Of a DNA stretch of 64,000 bases, positions 29,601-38,500 are shown in pieces. The stretch lies in contig JAOOLD010000005.1 of the NCBI GenBank assembly GCA_028408365.1, positions 1,883 through 65,882 of the forward strand, written 5' to 3'. This DNA is from Bacteroidota bacterium (lineage in GTDB: Bacteria; Bacteroidota; Bacteroidia; Flavobacteriales; BACL11). Below the pieces are notes generated by a model. That model made no database searches and was not told where the DNA came from. It saw nothing but the letters and a program-made list of their open reading frames with translations. Within the stretch, counting starts at the first letter, position 1, and the number at the start of each line of letters is the position of its first letter. The position numbers were made by a program, and so were the translations under genes.

Positions 29601-30707
29601 TATACTGGCATTTATAATTATGATGTAGTAGATGCAAATGGATGTGATTTTTCATCAAATGTTTTTGTTGATCAAGCTAATAAAATACTAGCTAACTTTT
29701 CAATTACTCCTCAAGTATGTGAAAATAGTAACGCGACAGTTAATTTTGATATTGTTAATCCAAATTCTAATTTTTATTACGCAAAAATTATCGATGCTGA
29801 TGGATATGTTCATGAATTCTCAATTGATTCTTCAGGAAATCCATTTTATTTTGACCAAACTCTTGAATTTATACCTCTATCAAGTGGAGAAGTAATTTTT
29901 GAACTCATTTCTGATGAATTTGGTTGCCAAAGCGGAATTTTTGATACTAGCTATACAATTGTTAATCCAAATCCAAATCTGCAAATGACAATTGATGATC
30001 TTTGCATAAATTCAAGTTCTTTTGAGCTCAATCAAGCAATACCCTCAGGAGGAAAATACAGTATCAACGATATTGAGCAAAACATTTTTAATACAGAAGA
30101 ATTAGGTGTTGGAAGTCATCTTGTCAACTATTATTATAAAGATTTAAATACTGAATGTTCTAATTCTATTTCTGATTTAGTTGTAATATATGATTATCCA
30201 AAGGCAAATATTTCTATTAGTCCTTCAATCACAGATTCTTTAAACGGAAATATTTATTTTAGTTCAGATTCAGAAAGAGCTAAATATTTTTATTGGTATA
30301 ACGACACAATACTATTTTCAAACCAGAAAGAATTTTGGTATGAATATGAAAGAGTTGGGGAGTATTCAATTAATTTGGTTGTTTATGATGATTTTGGTTG
30401 CTCAGACAGTGCTAATGGTAATTTAGTTATTAATCCTGTTTTTTCAGTATTTATACCTAATTCTTTTACACCTGGAGACAATGATCAAGTGAATAATTAT
30501 TTTGGTCCAGTAACTTATTCGGAATCAAGTTTTATTATTTCAATTTATAATAGTTGGGGACAAAAAATTTATGAATCTTCAGAATTTTGGGATGGCAAAG
30601 TAAATGAAAATTTTGTACCACCAGGCACATATTCATATTATATAGAAGTGATTGACTTCAAAGGAAAACCAGTGGATTTCTCTGGAAAACTTCAGATAAT
30701 TAGATAA
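26673..30707 (+). CDS. T9SS-secreted adhesin: L-type (legume-like) lectin domain, 8 SprB-type repeats, Ig-like modules and a type-B C-terminal sorting domain
   Basis: Signal peptide MGKNKFLLKIIFLFFAFNAYSQ (ATG at 26673). Lectin motifs GADGIAFVLQP and FAVEFDTW. Repeats of the form C.G..DG......GG..PY...W. C-terminus FIPNSFTPGDNDQVNNYF...G.YSYYIEV matches the gliding-motility C-terminal domain. Confidence 0.85.
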   Translation: MGKNKFLLKIIFLFFAFNAYSQTTTVTTSICDGDSIFLQGAWQTSAGTYTDVTSSGTVITNLVINPLPVITPNFIFNGTAVVQPGNVFQLTPAINTQAGSVWNNIMIDLNQPFSFDVDVFLGCNGGGADGIAFVLQPVSTSLGSTGGGIGYQSISPSFAVEFDTWLNSQYSDPWYNHAAIQKNGNLNHIGTSNLAGPVGFPPTGFSSIEDCQWHKAIFNWDPATTNFTLDFDGVQILNYTGDIVNTIFNGNPNVYWGFTGSTGGANNLQRFRFNYDLPDTTICQNDSIIINSLTTASSFAYNWSPNYNISNNTLAAPLFYPDTTTIYTLDITNTYGCTYTDSFTINVDTTGTVIFPSIPQLCVGDSAINLNLSPSGGILTGSGLTGVSNGFFNPTQNLIGSYNLTYSISNPLTGCSDSKTQSIVVNDTPVLSAVSSNVSTCLGNDGSVDVSVTGGSNPINYAWNNGQTTQDLNNITAGNYSLIATDINGCQDTISTSITQPSPPTIIFSKSNVSCYGFNDGSIDITVFGGQSPYSYSWSSGATSEDLNNLSAGFYYLTVTDLNNCIVSQGIIIDQPSEIVINATSTDVSCFGYSNGNAQLNISGGAPPYIQNWNGFNSNNLLAGTYSYIVFDSTGCSNSGQITINQPSILSVSNTVNSVTCYNGSNGSVGLNITGGTPPYIPNWNGFNPNNLSLGTYSYTVTDFNNCSYTDSVYISQPSPIQVSSSAYDATCYGYDDGYVILNISGGTLPYTQNWGAYDPNNLFAGTYNYDILDSNGCIYSDIITILEPSAVTAVIDTFRTSCFGYNDGYVSTSFVGGTPPYVDDWGSFDPNNLSAGTYNFSVTDSSSCVYQFQATISQPDDILINETTSNVSCFGFSDGTASLTINGGTQPYNVDWGGIDINNLSSGIYVYNINDANGCEKNDFINITQPDELTVSEIVDEVSCFNYNDGSIFLNISGGTLPYNQNWNGFNPNQLYTGIYNYDVVDANGCDFSSNVFVDQANKILANFSITPQVCENSNATVNFDIVNPNSNFYYAKIIDADGYVHEFSIDSSGNPFYFDQTLEFIPLSSGEVIFELISDEFGCQSGIFDTSYTIVNPNPNLQMTIDDLCINSSSFELNQAIPSGGKYSINDIEQNIFNTEELGVGSHLVNYYYKDLNTECSNSISDLVVIYDYPKANISISPSITDSLNGNIYFSSDSERAKYFYWYNDTILFSNQKEFWYEYERVGEYSINLVVYDDFGCSDSANGNLVINPVFSVFIPNSFTPGDNDQVNNYFGPVTYSESSFIISIYNSWGQKIYESSEFWDGKVNENFVPPGTYSYYIEVIDFKGKPVDFSGKLQIIR
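27951..29675 (+). repeat. Eight tandem, diverged coding repeats of about 71-75 aa (213-225 bp), SprB type
   Basis: The conserved Cys recurs at ORF-track residues 447, 521, 596, 667, 738, 809, 880 and 951. Each unit follows ..QP(S/D)....(V/I)..(V/T)(S/T)C(F/Y)G..DG......GG..PY...W.......L..G.Y...(V/I).D..GC.. Confidence 0.85.
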
Positions 30708-32191
30708 TGGGTATTGTCATAAATCAGAGCATTAAAAACTCACTAAATTTTTATATTGGTATGTTTTTTGGTGCAATAAGTACAGTTTTTGTATATCCAA
30801 ATGTCTTTAATAATGAGCCAGATCATTGGGGCTTAATACAATTAATAGTTTCATATTCATTTATTATATCAACCTTTTCCAATTTAGGAGTTCCTAAAAC
30901 TTTTATAAGATTTTTCCCAATTATTCAAAATAAATCTAAACTCTATTTTTACTCTTTTCTTTTTATTTTATCTGGATATTTATTATTTTTTTTTATGTCG
31001 CTAGTCTTCAAGGATTGGTTTTTTCAATTTATTAATGCTAGTCAACTCTTTATAGATAAATTTTATCTAATATATTTTCTTGTTATTATTATAAGTACTT
31101 ATGAGCTTTTTGCAAGTATTTCGAGATCTAATCTTAATTCGACTTTACCAACTTTTCTTAATGAAGCTTTTTTGAAAAGTTATAATCTTTTTGTTCTGGT
31201 TCTTCATGGTCTAAAGTTTTTAAATTTTGATCAATTCTTATTTTTTTATGTTGGAGGATATATGATCAAACTCATAGTTATTTGTTTCTCACAGTATAAA
31301 ACAAATAAAATTAGTGTTGAGATTAGTTTGAAAGGTATTAATGTAAGTGAACTCATTCAATTTGGTCTTTTTGTTATTGCAGGAGGTGCATCTGCAATGT
31401 TGGTGTCACGCTTAGATATGGTAATGATAGGTAAATTCATGAGCTTAAAGCATGTCGCTTTTTACTCTGTTGCATTTTATGTGGGAAATGCAATTAGGGT
31501 TCCTGCTCGAGCTGTAGTTGCTATTGCTGATCCAATTGTCTCAAAAGCATGGAAAAATAATGACTTAAAAATAATTAAACAGATTTACTACAAATCTTCT
31601 ATAAATCAACTTATTATTGGAGGAATTTTTTTTGTTTGTATTTGGCTTTCAGTTGATGATATATTTTCTCTACTTCCCAAAAAGTTTTCAGGCGGTAAGC
31701 TAGTAGTTCTTTTCATAGGGTTATCACAATTGTTTAATGTGAGTATGGGGGCAAACACTGCCATAATAGTGAATTCTAAATATTACAAATTTGATTTATA
31801 TTCTAATTTGTTTTTGCTAGTTGTAACTTTTTTATCCAATTATCTTTTTATACCTGAATCTAGTCCTTTAAAGCATTTAGAAATAGTTGGTATAAACGGT
31901 GCGGCATTTGCTACAGCATTATCAATATTTTTATTCAATCTATTAAAGTTTATATTTATTCTAGTTAAAGTTAGAATTCATCCGTTTAGTTTAAAAACTA
32001 TTTACTCAATTTTACTTCTAATTATTGTTTATTTTTTGGTAAATAGTATTTCTTTGGATTTCAACCCTTATTTAAACATTCTTTTAAATTCAATGATATC
32101 TTTATTAATTTCTGTGCCGATAATTATTTCTTTAAATTTATCGATTGAGTTAGTGAGTATTTATCAAAATTTAAAAGATAAATTATGTTAA
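30707..32191 (+). CDS. Wzx-like oligosaccharide flippase (MOP/polysaccharide biosynthesis family)
   Basis: 494 aa with about 12-14 TM helices and the typical N-terminal IKNSLNFYIGMFFGAIS. Its start overlaps the adhesin stop (ATAATG). Confidence 0.7.
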   Translation: MGIVINQSIKNSLNFYIGMFFGAISTVFVYPNVFNNEPDHWGLIQLIVSYSFIISTFSNLGVPKTFIRFFPIIQNKSKLYFYSFLFILSGYLLFFFMSLVFKDWFFQFINASQLFIDKFYLIYFLVIIISTYELFASISRSNLNSTLPTFLNEAFLKSYNLFVLVLHGLKFLNFDQFLFFYVGGYMIKLIVICFSQYKTNKISVEISLKGINVSELIQFGLFVIAGGASAMLVSRLDMVMIGKFMSLKHVAFYSVAFYVGNAIRVPARAVVAIADPIVSKAWKNNDLKIIKQIYYKSSINQLIIGGIFFVCIWLSVDDIFSLLPKKFSGGKLVVLFIGLSQLFNVSMGANTAIIVNSKYYKFDLYSNLFLLVVTFLSNYLFIPESSPLKHLEIVGINGAAFATALSIFLFNLLKFIFILVKVRIHPFSLKTIYSILLLIIVYFLVNSISLDFNPYLNILLNSMISLLISVPIIISLNLSIELVSIYQNLKDKLC

Positions 32192-32316
32192 ATGTTTTTT
32201 TACATTTATTGTCGAGATGTTTTTTTGAATTCAATTTTAAGTTGGCTATCCTTTAAACTATTTCAAAAAAAATGATATGAATTCATAAAAAATTAGAACC
32301 CAATTTTTGTAATCTC

Positions 32317-33357
32317 ATGAAAAAAAAACAAATAATATTTATTTATCCATATTTGTATACTTTCGTCAAGACAGATATAGATTTATTGTCTAATAATTTT
32401 AGAATAATTTCAATAAAGCAAAATTGGACTAAAAAAATTTTACTGCCTTTTAATTTTTTTATTCAATTTATTTTTTTGGTTTTTAACATTAATAGGGTAG
32501 ACGTTATTTTAATCTCTTTTGGAGGTTATAGTTCTTTTCTTCCTTCCTTGCTTGGAAATTTATTTGGAAAGAAAGTTGCTATTATCGTACATGGAACAGA
32601 TTGTGTTAGTTTTCCGCAGATAAATTATGGTAATTTACGAAAGCCTTTGTTAAGATATTTTACTAGAAAATCATATCAGTGGTCTACCATAATTCTTCCT
32701 GTAAGTCAATCTCTTGTTTACACAAAAAATAATTATTTCTCTGACAAAACCTTAAGGTTTGGTTACACTCATCATTTATCTGATATTAAAACACCTTATA
32801 AAGTAATTCCTAATGCACTGGATGGAGGATTTTGGAAGTGTGATGATTCAATTAACAGAAATCAAAATTCATTTGTAACAGTGTTAAGTAAGGGAAAAGA
32901 ATTAATTAAAGGTGTAGATTTAATTGTTAAGATTGCTAAAAGTTTTCCAAATCTTAAATTTTATATTGCTGGAGTAGATGATTTAAATTTAGCAGATGTT
33001 TCAAAAAATATATTTTTTAAAGGAAAATTATCTCCTCAAGAACTAAAGATTTTATACAATGAGTCTAAATTTTATTTTCAACTCTCAAATACTGAAGGTT
33101 TTGGTGTAGCACTTTGTGAAGCTATGCTTTGTGGATGCATTCCTATTGTTTCTGATGTTAATTTTTTACCCTCGATTGTTGGAAATAGTGGTTTTATTTT
33201 AAAGAAAAGGAATTCAGATATGTTAATTGATCTCATAAATAAAGCATTATCTTTTAATCTGAATGATTTTAAAGAAAAACCAAGAAATAGAATTTTAGAA
33301 AAATTCTCTATGGAAAATAGACAAAGATTATTAACTTCGGCTTTATTAGATTCTTAA
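32317..33357 (+). CDS. Glycosyltransferase family 4 (group 1)
   Basis: C-terminal GT-B signature ..SNTEGFGVALCEAMLCGCIPIVSD.. (E-x7-E region). Confidence 0.75.
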   Translation: MKKKQIIFIYPYLYTFVKTDIDLLSNNFRIISIKQNWTKKILLPFNFFIQFIFLVFNINRVDVILISFGGYSSFLPSLLGNLFGKKVAIIVHGTDCVSFPQINYGNLRKPLLRYFTRKSYQWSTIILPVSQSLVYTKNNYFSDKTLRFGYTHHLSDIKTPYKVIPNALDGGFWKCDDSINRNQNSFVTVLSKGKELIKGVDLIVKIAKSFPNLKFYIAGVDDLNLADVSKNIFFKGKLSPQELKILYNESKFYFQLSNTEGFGVALCEAMLCGCIPIVSDVNFLPSIVGNSGFILKKRNSDMLIDLINKALSFNLNDFKEKPRNRILEKFSMENRQRLLTSALLDS

Positions 33358-33404
33358 TTATCTTATAATATTTTTAATTGACAGATACTAATAAGTTTTA
33401 AAGC

Positions 33405-33968
33405 ATGTTAATTACAATACTTGGCCCAGATGGTACTGGAAAAACAACTCTTGCTAAATTAATTTCAAATAGATATAGAAACATTGAATATATTTATTTT
33501 GGCAATAATTTAGAAAACAGAAAATATAAGTTTTTTAGCAGTTTTCTGTATTCTAACAAAAAAGGAAAATTAAATACTTTATTAAAATATATTTTTGTCT
33601 TCATTAACGATTTATTCTATTACAGCCTAGCAAAAACTCGCCATATCATTTCTGACAGATGTCCTATTGATAAATATATTAGTTCAGTTGTAAAAAATGA
33701 AAAGATTAGAAGGTATTATCATTGGCTAACATTAAAATTATTTCCTGATCCTGATTATGTCATACTTTTACAAGGTAATCCAGTAGAACTGTTTTTAAGA
33801 AAAAAAGAGATCTCTGAAAGTCTAATATCTCAGTACATTCAATTATATGAAAAGTACGTTAAGTCCAATAAAATAAAGTTTATAAAAATTGATACTACAA
33901 CAAACGACAAAAAAGAAACATTTGATATTGCATCAAAGAGTATAGAAATATTAATAAATGAAAAATAA
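33405..33968 (+). CDS. P-loop NMP/dTMP-kinase-like protein
   Basis: Walker A ILGPDGTGKTTLAK, a DR motif (ISDRCPID), and a small size of 187 aa. Confidence 0.65.
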   Translation: MLITILGPDGTGKTTLAKLISNRYRNIEYIYFGNNLENRKYKFFSSFLYSNKKGKLNTLLKYIFVFINDLFYYSLAKTRHIISDRCPIDKYISSVVKNEKIRRYYHWLTLKLFPDPDYVILLQGNPVELFLRKKEISESLISQYIQLYEKYVKSNKIKFIKIDTTTNDKKETFDIASKSIEILINEK

Positions 33969-34677
33969 AATCAAAAGAATTTTTTTATACTTAGATAGTA
34001 ACTCAATTAAGTATCTGCTCTTGAGACCAATTGATTTTGAAGTCAAAATCAATGATATTGATTTATTTATGCCTAAAGCTAGTTTCAAAAAGTTAATAAA
34101 TGTTTTAAAAAATGATTCAAAAAGTACATACTTGAAATATTCTAATGCAAATGAATCAATTCAGCTTTATATTGATGATATATTATTAGATATTAAATTT
34201 AATATTTGCTTTCTTGCTAGAAAGTCTCTAATTATTAATTATAATATTCCACACTCTTCAGTAGAAATAAAAGAAAACAGATATATTTTTCCTAGTATAG
34301 ATGATGAGGTGCTTTTTACATTTTGGACTTATCATTTAATACTTGATAAAGTTGAACCTAGTTTATCATCAACTTACAAGATGCACAATAATTTTTATAA
34401 AATAAGTTGGAAGTTATTAGTTAAATCTAATTTCTTTATTCTTTGGACTAATTTAATATTCAAAAACAATAGTAACAAAGCATTAAAACTCATTAAATTG
34501 TTTTTTGATGATAAAATGAATTATCAAAATAAATTTCACAATAAAAAATTACAAAATCTTGCAATTCTTAGTAACAATCTTTTCTTAAGATTTTATTTTG
34601 ATAAATATTACTTTAAGTTTCTTAGGTTTTCTGGAATTATCAACAAAAGAAGAACATTATACGAAATCAAATACTGA
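33958..34677 (+). CDS. Hypothetical protein, possibly nucleotidyltransferase-fold
   Basis: Its ATG overlaps the upstream stop by 11 nt. Has YLLLRP....NDIDLFMP (an hG[GS]/DxD-like NTase element). No confident family assignment. Confidence 0.5.
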   Translation: MKNKIKRIFLYLDSNSIKYLLLRPIDFEVKINDIDLFMPKASFKKLINVLKNDSKSTYLKYSNANESIQLYIDDILLDIKFNICFLARKSLIINYNIPHSSVEIKENRYIFPSIDDEVLFTFWTYHLILDKVEPSLSSTYKMHNNFYKISWKLLVKSNFFILWTNLIFKNNSNKALKLIKLFFDDKMNYQNKFHNKKLQNLAILSNNLFLRFYFDKYYFKFLRFSGIINKRRTLYEIKY

Positions 34678-34717
34678 ACATAACGTGAAATTTAATTGTT
34701 TTCCAAAGAAACAAGAG

Positions 34718-35467
34718 ATGTTTCTTATTTACACTAACTATCGAGTATTCAAATCAAGATTATTTAAAGATTTGATTTTGCAATCATCTCCAAAAAATTC
34801 TATTTTTTATAGATTCTTAAAAACAAGAATAGGTTTTTTAATTTCTTCTATTTTTAAGTGTTCAATTGAGCTTCCCCACAATAATGAGAATTGTGTTGGA
34901 ATTATAAAAGGTGAAAAATTTATAATATTTGAATTGGACGAAAGTGTCAATCCAGTTTGTGTTTGGAAAAAAGATAGAAATGACTCTTGGTCCAAAGAAA
35001 ATTTTATTGGTTTTCAGCTAATTTCTAAATACACATTGTCTAATTTTAATAAAAATTCATTGTTTATTGAGAAAGCATTTACATTGCATTGGAAGAAGAT
35101 GAATCATATTTCAAGATCTCACGGAGATTTTACACATTTTAATATTTTAATTGATAAAAATGAAAAGATTCATTTTATAGATGATAAATCACATGAAAAC
35201 TCTAGAATATTTGATTTCTTTTACTTTTATTCATATTATAATCAGTGTCTGTTTAGATGCAAAACTATTAACAATGTCGACAAAGAAATTATACTTAATA
35301 AACTTCTGGAAATAATTGTTAGAGTATGTTCATTTTCTAATAAGAGTTCATTCGTTAATGAAATAAGTGCAGTTAAATTGCCAGAAAAATGGGGTTTAAT
35401 TAATATAGATAAATTAAAGTATTTAGAGGAATTTAAAAATAAAATGATTCTTAAGATTCAAGATTAA
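34718..35467 (+). CDS. APH/choline-kinase-like phosphotransferase
   Basis: Catalytic loop SHGDFTHFNILID followed by IHFIDD (a Mg-binding Asp). The start is uncertain: ATG 34718, GTG 34685, or the track's 34598. Confidence 0.6.
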   Translation: MFLIYTNYRVFKSRLFKDLILQSSPKNSIFYRFLKTRIGFLISSIFKCSIELPHNNENCVGIIKGEKFIIFELDESVNPVCVWKKDRNDSWSKENFIGFQLISKYTLSNFNKNSLFIEKAFTLHWKKMNHISRSHGDFTHFNILIDKNEKIHFIDDKSHENSRIFDFFYFYSYYNQCLFRCKTINNVDKEIILNKLLEIIVRVCSFSNKSSFVNEISAVKLPEKWGLINIDKLKYLEEFKNKMILKIQD

Positions 35468-35598
35468 TTTTACTTTATTTTTCACAATGAAAAGCATTAT
35501 AATTTTTTAATTTTTATAAGATTACACTTAACTAAAATTTATTACAATATGTATTTTTCACTTATTGCTTATTTTTCTCTCTAATAATTATTTTGGAA

Positions 35599-38500
35599 CT
35601 AAAATAGCTTCGAAATTCCAAATAACCACCTAAACATGAAGTAGTCTTTATCATTTGCTGGTGGTCTATTTAAAAATAATGGAAAGTCTAATCTTACAGT
35701 GAGAGGATTAACAGTTTCTAATGGAGTCAACTGCGAAATATTAAAGAGAAAACCTACACCAGCATCAGCTCTTATTTCTGAAAACGTATCTATAAAATTT
35801 TCTCTAGATAATTCTTTATTGGTAATAATACCTGCATCAGCAAAAATATATGGTTTTATGCCAATAATATTTATTGATCTTGGAACTAAACTAGTAAATT
35901 CAACTTCTAAATTAATAGATCCACCACTTGTTCCATTATAGCCAAAAAAATCAAAATTACCATTATCATCATATTCTGGAGCTAGATAGCCAGAATATCC
36001 TCTTAGATTTAAGCCACCTGAATGATGAAAATGATTTATGCTCTCACCATATCCTAAATATTCTGAATTTATAAATCCTTTTGATCTAGTAAACTTATTA
36101 TTCATCATGTTCTCAAGATTTGAACCAGATAAATAAAGTTTACTTTCTGGAGCCCAATTAGAACCATTTCCAAATTGGAAAAAAGCTCTACTTCTAAAAA
36201 TTAGTTTATTTAATTTTCTATTATTAGTAGCAGTGAAAATTAATTTAGTGTAGTCATAGTCACTTAAAAAACCAGAGTTCATTAAATCAACAGATAAAAG
36301 ACCATTTCCGTAGTGATCTCCGCTGTAAAACTTAGTAAAGTTAATATCAATTCTATTGTTAAATAACCCATAGGCCCAGTCCTCATAAATTAAATAATTT
36401 GATACGTTTGGGTTATTTCTATACAAAGATTTAAGTTTAATATTAACTTGAAATTTTTCATTTCTACTTTTATTTAAAAGGTTTATTTCATTAGTTGATA
36501 ATCCATCTAACATACTAGAATATATGTAGAAACTAGAGTTTTTAGTGAGTAAGTCAAGATTGTGTTTGTAATAAGCCCTAAATGAAAATTTATCATATTC
36601 TTCTTTCTGATCAAAATCTTCTTGCATCATAGCTGAATTAATCCAAAAGTTCAAGTCAAATATATGGTGATGCTTCATGTATGCACCATTTGCATGAATT
36701 CCGTATTTAATTCCGTCATAACTATTCCACCATATATCAGGTCTATATTTTATCTCATAATTTCTCCAGTCAGGAAATTGCCAGATATTGTGATCTAGTG
36801 CATAATTAATATTTCGTTTTAAAGAATTGTCTGGCATATAACAATCCCCAAGTCTTTCTGATGGATCAATTATTACATCTTCAATTCCATTTGGAATATT
36901 TACAACTGTTTTGTAAGTAGGATGAACCAAATCCCAGCCATGCCATTTTTCAAGAACTTTAGCTTCAGTTTCCTTTATAAACCATTGATTTGGAATATGA
37001 AATTTATATTTTTTCTTGTCTTTAGCTATTACTGTGAAGTCAATTGGAGATTGCATTCTTTTTTTTCTTTCAAAATGTAATTCATATTTGTCATTTCCAA
37101 TTTTATTTACCTTATTTATCGAATAATCTAATCTTTTATCTGTTTCTAACCACTGATCGAAAAACCAATTAAGGTCCACTTTTGTGTAGTTAATAATTAC
37201 ATTCCTAAAATCATCATCGTATGGGTGTGCCATTTTCCATGTATTGAAGTAATGTTTCATTGATTTTAAAAATAATTCATCACCAAGTACATATTGTAAA
37301 TTATATAACATTGCTGCAGTTTTATAATAAACATGTCTATATCCACCACCGTGTCCATGAGCATCATCAAATTGATCTGAATGAGTCGCAAGAACCGGGT
37401 CTTTTTGTTTTGTTGCGTCTTTTATATATGAATAATAAATCTCACTGTCTATTGCTCTAAAAGGCTTATAAAACTTTGATTTATACCAATTAGTTCTCTT
37501 GTTTTCAATCATAAATTCACCATCAATTTTAATTAAAGCCCAAGCTGTTAAAAATTGAGTGAAACCTTCATCTAAAAGAGCTCTGTAAGTTTCATTATTA
37601 CCAATTTGACCGAAGAACCACATATGTCCTATCTCATGAGCAAGAAGATCTCTATATCCAGGATCAGAACCACGATCAAGAGTAATCATCGGATATTCCA
37701 TTCCATCTTGCGCATCCGCAACAATAACTTTATGATAGACATATTCTCCAAAGTCTTCAGAAAAAACTTTGAGGCACTCAGCACCAAAATCGGCAGCATT
37801 TAGCCATCTTGACGCATGAGGTTCTTGTACTAAAGAATAGCATACTTTATCCTTCCATCTTGCCTCTCCAATTCTATATGTTGGATCTGCAGTAAATGCA
37901 AAGTCGTGAACATTTTCAGCATGAAAATACCATGTTTTTCTATTGTTCTTGTTATATGGAATTATAACAGATGGTTCACTGTTCCATTTTTTATTTGCAA
38001 AGTTTTTTAGATCTAATTTTTCTCTAAGTTCATCAGGTAAAACCTCACCTCTATTTACTAAATTTCCTGTTGCTTCAACAATAAAATTTGAGGCAAAGGT
38101 TAATTTGACATCAAATGTTCCAAAATTACCATAGAACTCTCTGCCTAAATGTTGATCTTTTGTCCATCCAAATTTACTATCATACACACAAATTCTTGGA
38201 TACCAATGAACACCGTTGTAGTGTTTATAACCCCAACTCTCATAACTCTTCATTCTTCTTCTAACACTTCCTTGATCGAAATATGTTTTGAAATCAAGTT
38301 CAAAAAGTGTACTATCTCCCGGAAAAAGAGGCGAGTTAAGGTATATTTTAAAAATTGTGTTGTCTAAATCGGTAATGACATCTTTATTATCAACCTTAAT
38401 TGATTCTATTTTAGTTCCCAGACCTTGCTTTTCATATTTTCCATAAATAGGGTTCTTATGATTTTGTTTTTGAAGTTCATCATAATATGAGCCAGGTTGA

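Noticed and set aside
27951-29675. A periodic repeat of about 215 bp that could look like a repeat array or CRISPR-like structure.
   Set aside because: The period is far too long, and the units are diverged and in-frame within one ORF. They encode SprB-type protein repeats. There are no short identical direct repeats with unique spacers anywhere in the window.
32189-32208. Hairpin TAAATGT-TTTTTT-ACATTTA right after the Wzx stop as a terminator.
   Set aside because: The stem is only 7 bp, all A/T apart from one G:C pair, and has no trailing T run. This is too weak to call.
33405-35467. The possibility that the kinase / NTase-like / kinase trio is an anti-phage defence or toxin-antitoxin system.
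   Set aside because: It has no nuclease, protease, TIR, SIR2, helicase or other effector-like domain and no neighbouring defence genes. It is embedded in and co-oriented with glycan biosynthesis genes, so a decoration pathway is the more economical reading. The possibility is not excluded.
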